Below are positions 38,694 through 52,887 of a DNA stretch of 64,000 bases, one piece after another. Every line of letters begins with the position of its first letter. The first letter of the stretch is position 1. The DNA comes from Patellaria atrata CBS 101060 (lineage: Eukaryota), in contig MU006089.1 of NCBI GenBank assembly GCA_010093705.1, positions 1,971,561-2,035,560 on the forward strand. Direction: 5' to 3'. The notes below the pieces were generated by a model, which did not search any database, was not told the origin of the DNA, and worked only from the letters and a program-made list of their open reading frames with translations. Both the position numbers and the translations under genes were made by a program.

Positions 38694-40256
38694 TTATCGA
38701 CCTGGACTACCAGCGAGTCCTCCAATTCCGAGTCCAACACCACCGGTAAATCTGCTCCGCTTGGATGGAGATTCGAGCACGGAACTGTTGGATTCATCAG
38801 CTCGTCGCTTCTGCGCATCACTGGACCTGTCGACGTTTGGCTTTTTCACTTGGCCGAAGATCTTGCTTTGGAGGACGCGACCACTTGATTGAGGTGCCTT
38901 TGCAACTTTGCTAAAGCTGGAATGCTTGGATGAAGCTGGAGTGCGACGAAGCATGCTCGTAGCAGCTTGACTAGCTTGAGACTCTGGAATCTCATCGGCA
39001 TCTGAATAGCCCTGTCCACCTTCAACACTTGATGCTGTAATCGTAGAATCACTGCTCTCGCGGCGTCCATGTAACTTTTGATAGTTGACTGCTGGCGCGG
39101 ATTGGGGAACTGTATTGTTTGATACGTAGCTCGGTGGTGTTCGAAATGCATTGCTGGGAACAACGGGTCTTGAACGGTTCGGGGTTGTTGGCATGGAAGA
39201 GAGTGAGTGGGTGGCCCTTGTATGCCCAAAGCGATGTTTTGGAGCTTCGGCACGTATAGGAGTTGTTGGAGCGGTCACAGTTTCCTGACGCAATACCTTA
39301 TCGGCTAAGAGTAAGGCTTCGAAAGGCTGTTCGCGACGAGTGTGTGCTCGTACATCATTCCTCTGTCTAGGCGTACTAATCATCGGTGTTGATCGGGAGG
39401 AGATTAGACGTCCATCGTTTTCTTGCATAGAATCGAACATTCCGTTAAGATGCTCTCTATTAACTCTAATCCGGGATCGGAGGCGGTCGCATCTCTCTAA
39501 CAAGACGACAACTTCACCCTCTCGAAACTTATACCATTCATTTGCCCGGTTTAGATCACGTTTAAGCTGATCGTTTTCGCTCTGTAACGTTTGGCATTGC
39601 TTGCTTAAATCATTGACTAGATTGGCGTTTACAGAGCTTGAAGTAGTTTCACCGAAGGCGGATGATGGCCTATTGGCCGCTATACGGCGCTTCTCTTCGA
39701 ACACATCAACTTCTCGTTGTGCCATTGCCAGCTCTACGCTCATCCGGTTAAAGGTCTCTGCGCTGTCTATGCTCAACATATTGTACTGCATCTTGTAATG
39801 GGCAGCAGACATGCGTGTTTCCCGTAGCGATTGGGTAAGTTCATTGACCATAGCCCGCAATTCTTCCGCGGATGCATTAGCGACTTGTTCCGAAGTATAG
39901 TTTGTACCGGAACTTCTCACCGCTCCAATCGGGTTGGGGTTACTCAGGGTCGGCGGGGGAGACGAGAGATGAGGTGTCGGGGGGGTAGGTGTTCTAACAG
40001 TAGATCGTACGAGTGCAGGCATTTGAGAGGAAGGAGGGGGTGTCATTGAGACGGTCTGAGGTGGTGGAGACGAGTACTTTCCACGTGCAACTCGCGAGGC
40101 TTGTACATTCGTTATAGCAGCCAAAGTTGATGGAGATGCGACAGAACTTGCTAACGAAGCATTGTGAGGTTGTGGGGTTTCGGGTTGAGATATATCCGCA
40201 GGGGGGGCTAGTTCTATGTTTGAACTTTGTTGTGATAGAGGCTGCTCCGTTGCCAT
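38694..40256 (-). CDS. Ser/Thr/Pro-rich coiled-coil hypothetical protein
   Basis: Long single-exon ORF from MATEQP; coiled coil with AAHYKMQY..L and FEALLLADKVL blocks. Confidence 0.8.
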   Translation of the reverse strand: MATEQPLSQQSSNIELAPPADISQPETPQPHNASLASSVASPSTLAAITNVQASRVARGKYSSPPPQTVSMTPPPSSQMPALVRSTVRTPTPPTPHLSSPPPTLSNPNPIGAVRSSGTNYTSEQVANASAEELRAMVNELTQSLRETRMSAAHYKMQYNMLSIDSAETFNRMSVELAMAQREVDVFEEKRRIAANRPSSAFGETTSSSVNANLVNDLSKQCQTLQSENDQLKRDLNRANEWYKFREGEVVVLLERCDRLRSRIRVNREHLNGMFDSMQENDGRLISSRSTPMISTPRQRNDVRAHTRREQPFEALLLADKVLRQETVTAPTTPIRAEAPKHRFGHTRATHSLSSMPTTPNRSRPVVPSNAFRTPPSYVSNNTVPQSAPAVNYQKLHGRRESSDSTITASSVEGGQGYSDADEIPESQASQAATSMLRRTPASSKHSSFSKVAKAPQSSGRVLQSKIFGQVKKPNVDRSSDAQKRRADESNSSVLESPSKRSRFTGGVGLGIGGLAGSPGR

Positions 40257-40978
40257 GGTGGGCCTCGGCGTTGAGGGAGATGCAATGCCACGTCTGACTT
40301 CTGAGATGGTCGTATTTGTCGCGGAGAGATTTCCAAATCTGGATCGTTCCTGTGTGCTTCGCCGAAAATTATGAGGTCGGATGGAATACCAATGAGAATG
40401 AAAGTGGTCGGTCCTAAGGTAGGTAGATGTGGTGCAGTTGATGTGCAAGAGGTCAGAAGTATTCGAGTAAATCGAAGATGGCTGCAGATGCGGCTAGATG
40501 CGTTGCGCGTCGAAGATAATCTGTCGCCTTTGTTTGCACGATGGATTTAAGGAGGACAGTAATTATATTGGTTAACACATTTTGACAGATGTCAAAGCGG
40601 GTTGTAAAAGTAGGTAATGATAAGCAGAATGAGGGTGGAAGGTTGGAGTGTTGAGATCTTTACCAGCCACCTCGACCTCGTTCGAGCTTCTCGCTTCGTC
40701 ACAACGGCGGCCACTAGCTCGCTTGGCTTGGGTTAGTGTGGTCGGGGTCGTGAAGGGCAACCGATTCAAACAATCAACTTTTTAATACTACACTATTTCT
40801 ACCTCCTAACACTTTTTATAACACGCCAAAAGGAATTCAACCCCTTTATGCAAATACATGAACGAGACTTTGTACCCTTCAGCACCACAATTTACCAACG
40901 TGTATTCTCTCTTCTTCCTCCACCGCTATGAGATGAAGACGTATCCCGCTCTACCAGTTATTCAGTAGTTGAATAAAC

Positions 40979-43900
40979 ATGGACCCTTCGTCCAGTAACA
41001 AGAGACCCTCTGGAATTCCTCGACCATCGAGGTTACCGGTATTGAAACCAATCGAAGCGAATAAGCCAGCTCCAAATCTACGCTACGCTGCATCAACAGA
41101 ACGGTTACGCCCGAAAACATCTAGAAGCTCCCTTACGAAGCCTTCGTCTTCCGTACCTAGTATTTCCCCACACGGAACTCGAAGGGTAAACTTGAATTCT
41201 GCTACTTCCAATCCTACCAAGAAGGATGATAATGTATTTAAGAAGCCGATCGGAAGGCCATCTTCCCGACAAGCCATCTCCCAGTCCAGATCCTCACAAC
41301 CAAAGCCCTCAAAAGAAGATGATGAACTTGGCGATCTGGATAGTTTCAGGGTATCTTCACGTCAGAGTATTCGGGAAGAGGATCTAGCTGAAATGGAAAA
41401 TGGTGCTGGAACGGATGGAGAGTTCAAGATTCCCCGCTCACGGAAACCCAGGCCCTCACTTTCAGACCGAACGATTGAAAGTCTCTCTCAGATTCCACCT
41501 TCCCCAGCAGGGCGCAGGAGGAAATCGAGCTTCTTTACACCAGAGAGCCTAATGGGATCCTCACGCCCAACATCTGCCATGGGTAACACCAGACGACCGG
41601 GAACAAGTGATGGAGCGATAAAGGGAAGTTCTTACCTAAGACCAGTGACTCCTTTAGGCGATGGATCGGAATTACCACCCTTCTGTCGAAGCACTATGAC
41701 TGCACCTCCGGGTAAGAGGAGTATCAGCGACGCGCTGGCTCGTAAAAACCCAAGCAGTCGGACAAGCGTAGTAGATACTCCTTCGAAAGGACCAAATATT
41801 GTTCGAGAGACACCTCGATCGCGCATCTTAGGTAGCAAATCTATGGCAGCAAGACCCTCTATGTCACGCCCTAGTATAGGATCATTATTTGATAAGCCCA
41901 CACCAGCGAAGAAGCCCACGACTACGCGCTTGTCCAGTGCGAAGAAATCTCCTCCACAAGCCAGAGATAAACTCCCTTCGACTCGTAAGGTTTCAAGTTC
42001 TTCCGCGGCTCTTAGAGAACAAATCGCACAAGCTAAAGCTGCGCGTAAGACCGCTTCTGTGAGACACAACCCAGCACCAGAAGCTGACGGTTTCGATTTC
42101 GAATTGGCCTCGGACCCCTTCAATCTCGGTTCTAATGGCGGAAAGGAGCTCTTGAACAGTAGAATCGATGCTGCGAGAAGAGAGGGACGGCTCAATATCT
42201 CCGCAATGGGGCTCATCGAGATACCAAGCGAAGTAATGACTATGTACACCTACGACCCAACTGCGAAAAACTCATCCTCGTGGGCAGAAGTTGTAGATCT
42301 AGTTCGTCTAAACGCTGCAGATAATGATATTGAAGTCATATCGGACGAAACGTTCCCGGACCAAGGTATCGGCACGTTTAATTTTGACGATGAAGTGAAA
42401 GAGAATATTTTCGGTGGTGTAGAACATATTGATTTTCATGGTAACAAGTTGAGCCAGATTCCGATGGGTATGAGACGACTGATGTTGTTGTCTTCACTAA
42501 ATCTTGTTAGCATATCGCCCTTCAAAAAGATGACAAGGCTAACCAGGTTCTAGTCTCGAAATCAACTTTCAGTAACCGCATTCGATGTCCTGACGCAGAT
42601 CGAAAACCTAAAAGAGTTACGGCTTGCTGAAAACAAGATTGACGGTCCTTTGCCAAAGTCCATAGGGGATATGAGAAAACTTGAGGTTCTCGAGCTCCAG
42701 GGTAACAGCATCACGGATTTACCTGATAGTCTGCAAGAACTGATACACTTGAGAGTCCTCGACATTGGTAAAAACAAACTCATCACATTACCCGTAGATG
42801 CGATACGTAAACTACCGCTAGTTGAGTTGAAAGCATCGAAGAATCGACTCAGTGGAGTCCTGTTTCCCCAAGATATTGAACTACCGTCATTACAGACTTT
42901 GAGCTTGTCAAATAATAACCTAGAATCCCTCTGCGGGTCTGCGGATCTGATACTACCCAAACTAACATGTTTAGACATATGCAGTAACGGGTTAAGATCA
43001 TTCCCCGACGTGTCATCTTGGGCCAGTCTCGTCATTATGATCGTCCAGGATAATGATCTCTCGGAGCTTCCGGAAGGCTTTTGTACTCTTCAGACCTTGA
43101 AAGGCGCAGACTTTACCGGGAACAATATAACTAAATTAGATGAAAGGATGGCACTGATGGATGGGCTCGAGCAGCTTCGAATCGAAGCAAATCCGCTGAG
43201 GGAGCGGAAATTCTTAACGATGTCTACCGAAGACATAAAACGAGATCTGCGGTTACGCCTAGAACGAGACAACAGCACGGTTACAAATACCGAGGACATC
43301 GCGGGTGTCACACCTCACGAATCCAACATCAACACCAACTCATGGACCCTAAAGCCATCCGGGATCCTAGACCTCTCCTCGCAATCTCTCCAAGACCTCG
43401 ACACCGAACAAGTCAACACCTTCTTCACCACCAACACCGTCCGCCAGCTCATCCTCCGCAACAACGCCTTCCCATCCATTCCACCCTCCCTCGTAGCAGG
43501 AACAAGCATAAGCACCCTCGACCTCTCCTCTAACGCCATCACCACAGCCCTACATGCCCCCCTCACCCTCCCTAATCTCCGCGACCTCAATCTTCAGAAC
43601 AATCACCTCGTATCCCTCTCCCGGCTCACCACATATCTCTCCGCCCCCTCCCTCACCCACCTAAATATTTCAAATAACCGCATTACCGGCCCCCTCCCTA
43701 TCCTTCCCCCAGTTTTCCCCAACCTCTGCACCCTCATCGCCGCGGACAACAATATCACGGAAGCCCCGGCGGAGGCGCTAGAAGGTCTCGCGAGCGCGGA
43801 TCTCTCGAATAACGATATCGCAAGATTGGATCCGAGGATTGGGTTGTTAGAGGGCAGGTTAACGAGTTTAGGCCTCGAGGGGAATTTGTTCCGTGTCCCG

Positions 43901-44026
43901 GGAAGGAGTGTGCTGGGGAAGGGCACTGAGGCGGTTTTGAGATGGTGTCGGGATAAGATTCCGGAGGGAGGGGGTGTGATGGAGGGAGGGAGTATGGATG
44001 GGTTTGGGGGCTTGAAGTTAGAATAG
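40979..44026 (+). CDS. Leucine-rich repeat protein (LRRC40-like) with disordered basic N-terminus
   Basis: Intron 42506-42553 joins the two ORFs; many LxxLxLxxNxL repeats; GRLNISAMGL and GTEAVLRWCRDKI. Confidence 0.9.
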
Positions 44027-44652
44027 GGGGGGCGTTCGGTTTGATTTGGTTTTTCTTGGGTGGGAGAAGGGGTTGGTTTGGTATATTTGTTATAAGTATA
44101 GATAGCTATTAGCGTTGGTTTATTTTTGTCGTGTTGTGTACGTGATATCTTCTGGTGTGAGGTTTGCAGACTACTCTCCCTTGTTTCTACACGAATCGAG
44201 TGAGTCACACGCGGTTCTAACGTAACTGGTACCGTTGTTTGGCCCTGTCACATCGCCATAGACCTCGAATACTACTGCTAGTTCTATCGTATCTCCTTTC
44301 GCATTGAAAGAGTCACTTTAAGCTTCCCCCATCACTACCTCTGTTCCGCTGTTTCCGTATAAAATTCCCTCATACAGAGGACCGGGTTGAAGGTAGGTCA
44401 GAAAGAACATCGACGGCGCATACAATATTCCACAGCGCGTATATCACGAAACGGAACACCTCTTCGCGTAAAGAAGTATGTTTGAGTTCTCCATAATAGC
44501 GCGTTACAAACACAGATAGATGCCCGCCCTTATCCTTGACGCTTGGTACCGTACCTGTCCGTATACGCCAATAAACCAGCCGACCATTCCAGACCGAAAG
44601 ACTCCTCGCTGATGCAGAAACACGAGAGAGGAAAAGATACCAAGGTCAAAAA

Positions 44653-45925
44653 TCACTCTTCGACCTCTCCCTCTTCACTGCCGTCTTCCTCCACCGCGGT
44701 GGCAGTAGTGATGTTAGTGCCGTTCATCTCAGCCTCAGTCCTATGGCGCCTAGCAGCGCCCCCATCTTGACTCGGATTCGTCTCCTCCTCCGTGCCATCC
44801 ATCTTCGCCTCCGGGCCAGACGAAACATACCCAGCATCCATCATATGTTCGTCCTCGCGCGGGCGCTTACTCTGCTCGCTACCGCTCCTCTCCATCATCT
44901 CAGCGGAAGCCAAAGCAACGGCTGCGGGGGTCTGCGGCGTCTGCGATCCTCTTAGCCTAGTCTTCTCGAACCGGGGGTCGTCGTCCTCGGGGGTCCGTAA
45001 ACCTACGTAGATGCTCTCCCCCCCGTCCTTCGGCAGCACGTCTTCATAGATCTGCGCCATGTAGTTGCACGCCCTGCGTATGTCCCTGAGTGCGACGCCT
45101 TGCACCTCCCACCAGGGCCTGCCGTGCTCGTCGGCGAAGACGACGCCGCAGAGCCGCGCGCCGCAGTACACGGCTGCGGCGGCGATGGTGCGCGAGGTGA
45201 AGAGGAGGCAGAGCTGCGTCATGCTTGAGTCGTTGATGAAGCTCCATGCGGCGTTGCGGAGGCGCTTGTCGTGCTCGACTCTGTAGTATTTGAGGATGTC
45301 GAAGAGGAGCTTGTGGGGTGCCTCGACGGTGAGATCGAAGCAGATGGATTCGAGGAGCACGTCTTCGCTGTAGAGGATCGTGTCTCGCCATCGCCAGAAA
45401 TCCTTCGTCTGCTCGTCTACTATGAGACCGGGGTTCTTTTGCGCGACTCTGCAGCATGCCACGATGAGCTCCTTCATCTTGCGGCAGTTTTCTTCGACTT
45501 TGGAGGCGAGGAATAAAGATGTAGCTCCGATTTGCTTTTTTTCGATCAGCGACGAGGATTTATGTGCTAGTAGGAGGGAGTGGACTTACATAATGATGTA
45601 GAGGCTTGCTCCCATTTACCACGACTAATGAGTTTCGCATGAGGAATCTATTAAAGAACACGGCTGCGGTGGACAGCGTTATCTGGGGTAATTTGAGCAT
45701 AACGCCAACCTGGGATATAAAATTGATCCCCTTGTTACGACGCTCGCGCTCCTCTTGCGGTGACATGCCGTCGACGATGGAAGGCGTCTGTAACAGTTCG
45801 TCCTCGGTAAAGATCCATTGCTGCTCTGCCTCTGCTAAAACAGCAGTGGGGGGCTTTGGTCGTTGCTTTGAGGCAGGCTGCACCGCCGATATATAAGACG
45901 ATGATATACTCGTAGTGGGACCCAT
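44653..45925 (-). CDS. Transcriptional cyclin (cyclin K/T-like, Pch1 family)
   Basis: QWIFTEDELLQTPS, KGINFISQVGVMLKLPQ, LFLASKVEENCRKMKE and FWRWRDTILYSEDVLLE; intron 45535-45589. Confidence 0.92.
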
Positions 45926-46854
45926 TTGAGGCGGCAGATGATATGGTGGATTTCTCGTGTGCTGTTTGAAAAGATGATGGAGCTGCCTTGTTACCTGTGA
46001 TCAGAGTGATAATTGAGCGGGTTGGGAGGAAAATATACGAAAAATGATGAGAGACGACTGGGTTTGGTGTGGTGATAGACAGTCATAACTGTTGTCCAAC
46101 AATAGCAAGACAACAATAGGAAGAATGTGAATAGAAATAGAAGTGAATTGAAGTTGAGGTGCGTAACTGCCCGCACAAGCTCTATTTAGCAGCTAGCTCG
46201 GTCTCGCTCACCGCCTACCCTTTCAGGACGGCGAAGCCACTTTTCGCAGCTTGTTCTCGGTATGGGGGGTTGGTGGGGGGTAGTGGGGGCTTTTAGGGTG
46301 CTGGAGAACGACACTTGGACCCAACTAGCCCATAGCCGAACCCCAAATGCCAAAAGTTAGGCACTGTTGAACATCAATAGGCGCCCCCTTTCCCCTCCGG
46401 TTCTTCTGCTGGACAGTCACAACGACACCCCAACTTAAGATAGCCTGAACTCTGTTACCACCGCGCATGCAAAGTAGATAGGGCTAATTCTCAGAAATTT
46501 ATAGTCTTGTATTACAAAAATAGCCATCAGGTCCAACAGTCTACCTTGAGAACCGATATCAGAGCTGTTTTCTGCTCTCTACCAAATCAATACCGCTCTA
46601 AATCCCCTCCCTTGATCAGTCGTTACTCCGACTAGCAACAGACAAACCATTCTGGACACGATCCTCTCTCGCCACAACGGTTCATGGCTCAGGCTTCTAG
46701 CACGGGGGTCCCCCAAGGTGATAGGTCTGAGTATTCACCTCCCCTTTACCAACCCACACTTCCATAAAGCTCGGTACGGTGATTTGTTTCTATATTGACG
46801 TATGCATGCCCGCACAGCAATGTAATAGCTACATTAGGCGGACCCGAAAAGCCT

Positions 46855-47742
46855 ATGACAAGCTCAAACGTCTCTAAACGCAAATGGATCAATTGGGTAA
46901 GAACCATCCCTTGATATGGGACCGCAATCCATATCAATCTTCTACCTAATCGCAGGGGTCAATCTAACAAAAGGAAACCACAGCACCCTACAACGCCAGA
47001 AACGCGGGAAGAGCTCACTTCTACATTAGTCCTGACGTCCAGAAGGGATATATTTGTCGACGTACGCCTCTACACCTCATCTAATTCTGGTGATCAAGCC
47101 CCTGAATCGGATTCAAACCTATATTCCGGAGTAGAATGGGCATTCGCCGGAACTGCTCGATCAAAGGACCTAGACGACGGGACAAGACATTGCCAATGGT
47201 CCCATTGGGTGGACTCGAAAGTCCCACTCGCCGAAGAACCTCCAGTTGATCAAGGGGTAATGACTGACTTCGAAGGAAATGAGATGCTCCAGTTAGAAAA
47301 GGGGGAGATGGCCAATCCGGCAACTGGGGTCGTCTCGCCCTATGAAGAACTTTGGGAAGATGTTGCCATAGAGCCTGTTGAAGCTGAACCTTACCTTCGC
47401 TGTGTGGTGCTGGTTACGGAGTCCACAGAATCAGCGACAAGGGGAGTGGTAATCCGCCTAGGACGCTTCTGCCAAGGGATCCTGAAAATAGGAGAGGATA
47501 CTACAGTAGAGAGGTGGGAATGGAATCTGTACGGCCGGGAACCTAACCCCAATGAAAATAAAGCCGGCAATGGGGTATGGAGACAGGTGCGATATGGACA
47601 GCATTCTCTTCCTTGCGCTGTAGCTACCTCCGATGACGTGAAATTGGGTCAATCGGTCAAGTTTGGTGCTCCACGAGAGCTCCGTTGGGTTGTCCACGAT
47701 GTGTACGATTGGAGTGAATTGAAGAATCTTGATAATTTCTAA
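46855..47742 (+). CDS. HRI1: HRI1 family protein
   Basis: SKRKWINW-(intron 46897-46983)-..TSTLVLTS..FVDVR..EWAFAG..WSHWVDS..LEKGEMANPATG...YEELWED..RLGRFCQG. Confidence 0.82.
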
Positions 47743-50387
47743 CAGCACGTGGATGGTGCAGCAAATCTTGATTCAAGTCCATGAAAGTAGAAACTGTATT
47801 TATCATGCACGCTTACCATGTTACTTTGATCACCTACCCTATCGTGATGAGGCGCCGTTCGTCCATGTTTGACTTTCCCGTAGTGGGAATGTAGACATCA
47901 CCCCAAGAGACTACATGTAGTAGGGAAGGATGCCACGATAATGGAAGCGCTAGTGGCTCGACATCGCTTTCCACGCCATTCTATTCCTCGAATACTGTAT
48001 GTCCGCTCTTAAAGGAGCCTCCACTTCTACGGCACGGGCGAGGAGGAAAATGTATGGAGAGCATCCTCAAAAAATAAACGTATTTCTTGTATATAGCCTA
48101 TGGATGTATTGATGTTTATGATTTGACGGTTCCTCCACGGGTTGGAAGGCGTAATAGGGTGGGAAGAGGTCAAACTCTATCGTAAGGTAAGAGATTGTAG
48201 ACAGAGTGCGAGGATAGATACGCAAGTGACCCAGTATGGCATTCGAGTATGCGGGCCCTGGAGATCTGAGCCAGTTCTCTATGGGTGAAGTGTGAAGAAG
48301 TATCGCGGTTCAAAATCGAAGATAGAAATACTCAAGTGTCAGATAATGGAGGTGTTATGAGGCCAATTGGTGAGTCAAAGTGGCAGTAAAACGTCGTATA
48401 TCAACTTGAGGTTTTTGAGTTGTCGAAGACTTCGAAGATTTCGAAAGAAGATATTGACCGCGATATCGGTTTGAGAAATCATAAATAAAAAGTGGTTCGT
48501 CTCACCAACAACGAAAAAGTTTTATGTGGAGGGGGAATGACTCAACTTTATAGCGAGGATAGGTGGATTAGGTACGCTGGGGCGTTATGCGGTGGTATAC
48601 TATTTCACTTATAGCCATGGGAGTTTGACTGTTAGGCTTCTGTATGGAAGAAGTAGAGAGGTAACACTTTGAAAAAAAAAGTATCAACCATGGATCCATC
48701 GCCGATAGACTGCTGGAACTTTTCCTACTTCGAATATAAAACCGAGCTGAATCCTTATAAATACTTCCTTCGCCTTCTTGAACTCTCCCTAAGAAAGCCG
48801 ACTGTTACAATTCGGCCACAACGGTGAAATGATCAACGATACGGCTTTGAACTCAGTCTAAAATTCATATTGCAGGACTGGGAAAGAGGGAAGAGATGTA
48901 GCTTCTGACTCTTATTAGAAAATGCGGGTACTGCGGTGAGTTCGCAACACAGAAGATCAAAAGAGAAGAACATCGAATAGACAAGAAACAGATGGAAAAA
49001 GATATGAATAACATCGCGACCAGACAAGGGACATATATCGGTTACTATACACATTTCCAACAAACAGAACGACGTACTCATATGACAGATCCATATATGA
49101 AGTCACTTGGTAATAAAACGCTCCGAGGATAGTAGAAAGAAATTAATCTACTTCCGAGCTCTTGACATGAATGCTCTCAAAGGTATCTTCTTTCCCCTAA
49201 TATGAAGCGCTCTCATGAGCGTATTCACTATAGGGTGGCTAACGACTGTTAGCCTATCGAGGCGGGAGCGTAAGGTTCGTCGCATGGATAACCAGTAACA
49301 CTGACAGGAGATATCTGCACTCGCCCTGACCAATTATGACGATTGAATATGGGGCGTAACCATAGGAACGGGTGAATTGTACCAATAGGGACCTGTTACC
49401 TAAATACATCAGCATACCGTACCTGCACACCGTCTGGAGACCATGTTTCTCTGTCTGTACCGGTACATACGCTAGTGTAGGGAATACCCACACAGCGTAG
49501 CTGGTAATTTCAATATGACGCGGGTGAATGATACAATGATATGACCTTTATAGCGGGGGATTAAGTTTCTAAAACAAAAATATTACACCCGCTGAAGTCA
49601 CCTGGAGCACGTGTTTACATTAGATGTGAGTGCGAACCGAAGGAACGCGTCCATTGTGAGGCTAGTATAAGCTCTTCTCATCAACGACAAAGTTCTTCCT
49701 AGTAGGCTGCAAGCCGTTCGAGATCCCCCGTAGGGACTGTGTATGAGGCTCAAAGTGTGGGGTACGGGTAGAAAATGCAGGCAAACATTGCCGTTCTCTT
49801 ATTTAATGGACAGTTCCTCTCACTGTTGCTACGTCGAGTTGGGAGTTCAACTCCAATGGGTCAGGGGCTAATCTTTACGCAGACCCCGAGTAGAATTTGA
49901 AAGAAAATGTGAAATCATGAACATTCATACTGTCGCACTTGAATGCGGCAACAATGGTACCATGGGAACATTGAAGTAGGAAGACTGGATCGGTGGGCGG
50001 TAATTCATTCGAGATAAGGGACCTGCGGTATCCTTTACTGCCACTCGACCCACTGGAGAGGCAGATGCGCTAAAAGTCGAGCGCTATATAGAGTACGGTA
50101 CGCCTCATATCACTTGTTTTCTAAACTTCACTTATTCTACTCCGATATCAGTCAATCTGTATCTCAGCGGAAATTGAGATGATGAAGCAGTCGGAGGATT
50201 AAGGGCCAACAGATCACTTACCTGCTTACCTTGGATTTAAAGATCTTCCGTGAAAGTTTGGGAAAATGCAAAGTGTGTAAGCACCCTTCCCCGGAGAGAG
50301 ACTGCTAAGAGCCACATTTGTGCATTATTGTAACTCCATTTTCCATAAAGCAGTTTAGGTATCGCGTTAACAAAATTTGAAGACAAT

Positions 50388-51639
50388 ATGTCTTCTGTTT
50401 TTCTTTCCGAACATCTCACTAACTGTTTTGTTGCACCGTTAGACTCTCCCCCCGATGTGGCCCCCGGGAAACATGACCCTAGAGGAACGGCGTACGGAGA
50501 CAATGGGAATTTGTTCTGTGCAATCCAGTCTCAACCGGTACCTCTAAGACCACTGTCGAACTACCGAAAGGAACAAAAGACGTTGGGACCAATTTCGATG
50601 GAAGCAAAACTCGAACCTAAAAGAGGAAATATTACCCTTGTTGCATGCGTAGGATGTCAGAAAAAGAAAGTCAAGGTTAGTAAACATGCTCTTCTAATTG
50701 TAAATCCCACTGACCCGAGCCTTACTCTAGTGCAATGGAGGAAGACCTCAGTGTTACACCTGTGAGCTCAGAGGTGACAAATGCATCTACGACCCGGGAC
50801 GGGTCCCTCAAAAGCAACATGGCTGGAAACAGATAGCGAAAAAACTAGAGCAAGAGCTCCAGAGTCTCAAGGATCTCCTACGAGAACGAGAGACAGAGAT
50901 TGAAGGTCTCAAGTCTGTCTTACCCTCGTTCGCTACAGCGCCGCAAACAGACTCAGTTATTGAATTAGCTCAGTATGTTCAAAGATTAGGATTCGGCTCT
51001 TACTCACCTGAAAACATAAGAAAACAGCTGCGAGAAATACAAAAAAGGGACTCGAGCGTCACGCACCTGGGATATGGGTATGACGGACTTCGGAGCAATC
51101 CATCTGTCCCGCGGTTGAGCCACTCGAATGGCCAACAATGGAGTGATCCGAACGTTTCGAGAACAACTAATTGTGATAGCTTTGGGAATGGCTTTATCCC
51201 TCCTCAGGAGCTACCACCTCAGATCCCGCATCAGATACCGCATCAGGTTCGGCCGCCATTAGGTGACCCATATGGCATAGATACTGCCTCAACTGAGCGA
51301 TCCATTCGGCCACAGCCGAATTCCACAAATCCGTCGACGAATTCAGTAGTACATGCCGAGGACTCAACTCGGAGGATAAGAACCGGTATTAACGAGGAAA
51401 ATCCCGGCCTCCTAGCTCAATCCATGCCGATAGGTGGTATACCGTCTTGGAGCGCATCAGAACGATCAGTTGGGCCCTTAATTGGAGCCACAATTGGGCG
51501 ATTCCCGATAACCAGTCCCAATCCACGGACGAGTGGCGGAACTATCCTTACACCTTTAGCTACATCGAATGACCCTTACGAGTTTTGGGATTCTGTACCG
51601 GGTCTCCGATGTCCTCAAGCTTTTTTTCCCCCGTCATAA
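50388..51639 (+). CDS. Zn(II)2Cys6 zinc-cluster protein (short, no obvious middle-homology region)
   Basis: ACVGCQKKKVK-(intron 50676-50730)-CNGGRPQCYTCELRGDKCIY followed by a coiled coil; the frame is continuous with ORF 51115-51639. The start is uncertain. Confidence 0.78.
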
Positions 51640-52887
51640 CACATGGCTTTGATGACGAAGGACATCTGAACGTGCCGAAATGTGAAGTAATCCTTGTGGG
51701 TTGTAGGACCCTTAGAAGGACTATTGACCCCCAAGTGCTTCGCACGGAGCCGAGTCGTTTTTCCAACATACGTAACTGAAGCTATGGTTAAAACGGTAAT
51801 GGTGATCGCACAATCTTCATCCGTTGGCAAAAATCTAAAAGTTGCGCATCAATTCTCAATATTCTTTTTTCTGTACGCTGGCTCACTGCAGTCGACAACT
51901 GGCATTCCTTTCTGATATCGAGAGTGTGATATGCGAGTAACGATAGGTCCCTTCAAGAAGAGAAAGACAAGCTTACTCCGATTTGGAAAATAATGGATAG
52001 GTATAAGGTTTCTCATATTCCGGCTCTTTCACGTCCTTTCTCAGAAAAATATTCCTGATACATCTTTATAGTCGGACTTCATTAGACAAAGTCAAGACTT
52101 GAGCGAATACCAATCCGCTAGAGACCGACTGGTGAGTACGAAATTCTCATGACGTCTCGTTCGACTATATCCAACGGTAAGAGTTTTTTATAGAACTGTT
52201 TCTTTTTTGGTTCACCATCCAAGGACCCTGGCAAAGATCATTCGAAGGTCAGTCCTAGCTCTATGTAACGGTCCCTTGGTATGAAAAGATATTGATCAGT
52301 GCTTCGCAAAGCAGCGCTCTATCATCTATGAACAATCGCATGGTACGAGGAATTGCTCCGCTGATCCTGCGAGTAAGATACTGGTTCTTAAACGGAGGGA
52401 CACGGGTCGGTTGCAGAATGTGTTGTATGTTGGACCATGCGTTTCTTCCCTGATTAAAGAACAAGTAGTATATGAAAATTCTTGATACAGACCCGTAGTT
52501 TTAGCTCTTTGGTTTTAGTCGAAGGTTAGATTATTGACCATCGAGTATCGTCTATAGGGGGGATAGATAGTTTTCAGTGGAGAGGACGAGAGGATCGATC
52601 GGTAGGTTGAAGAAATTGTTCGAGATCCACGTTTTTAGTCCTCTTTTACTGATGATTCCGCCCATCTGTATTGTTTGGAGGATGATGATGATTATGATGA
52701 AGAAACATGACTTTATAGAGAGTCGGATGGTAACAAGCTGCTGGAACAGCTCTAGCTCCATTAAGGATAGATCTAAGGTAGTTCTGGTGCAGATAGACCA
52801 CCCACTAAGGTACACTACACTATTTATCTCTATCCTTAACCCTAACCTCGTGTGCAAAAAAAGACCTCAGACCTCACAACCGCAACT

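Noticed and set aside
47750..50380. Transposon or hidden gene in the long intergenic stretch
   Set aside because: No terminal repeats, transposase/RT motifs or credible ORFs detected by eye.
51615..52857. Possible minus-strand gene between the Zn2Cys6 gene and TMA7
   Set aside because: Fragments could not be joined through credible splice sites and show no motif.
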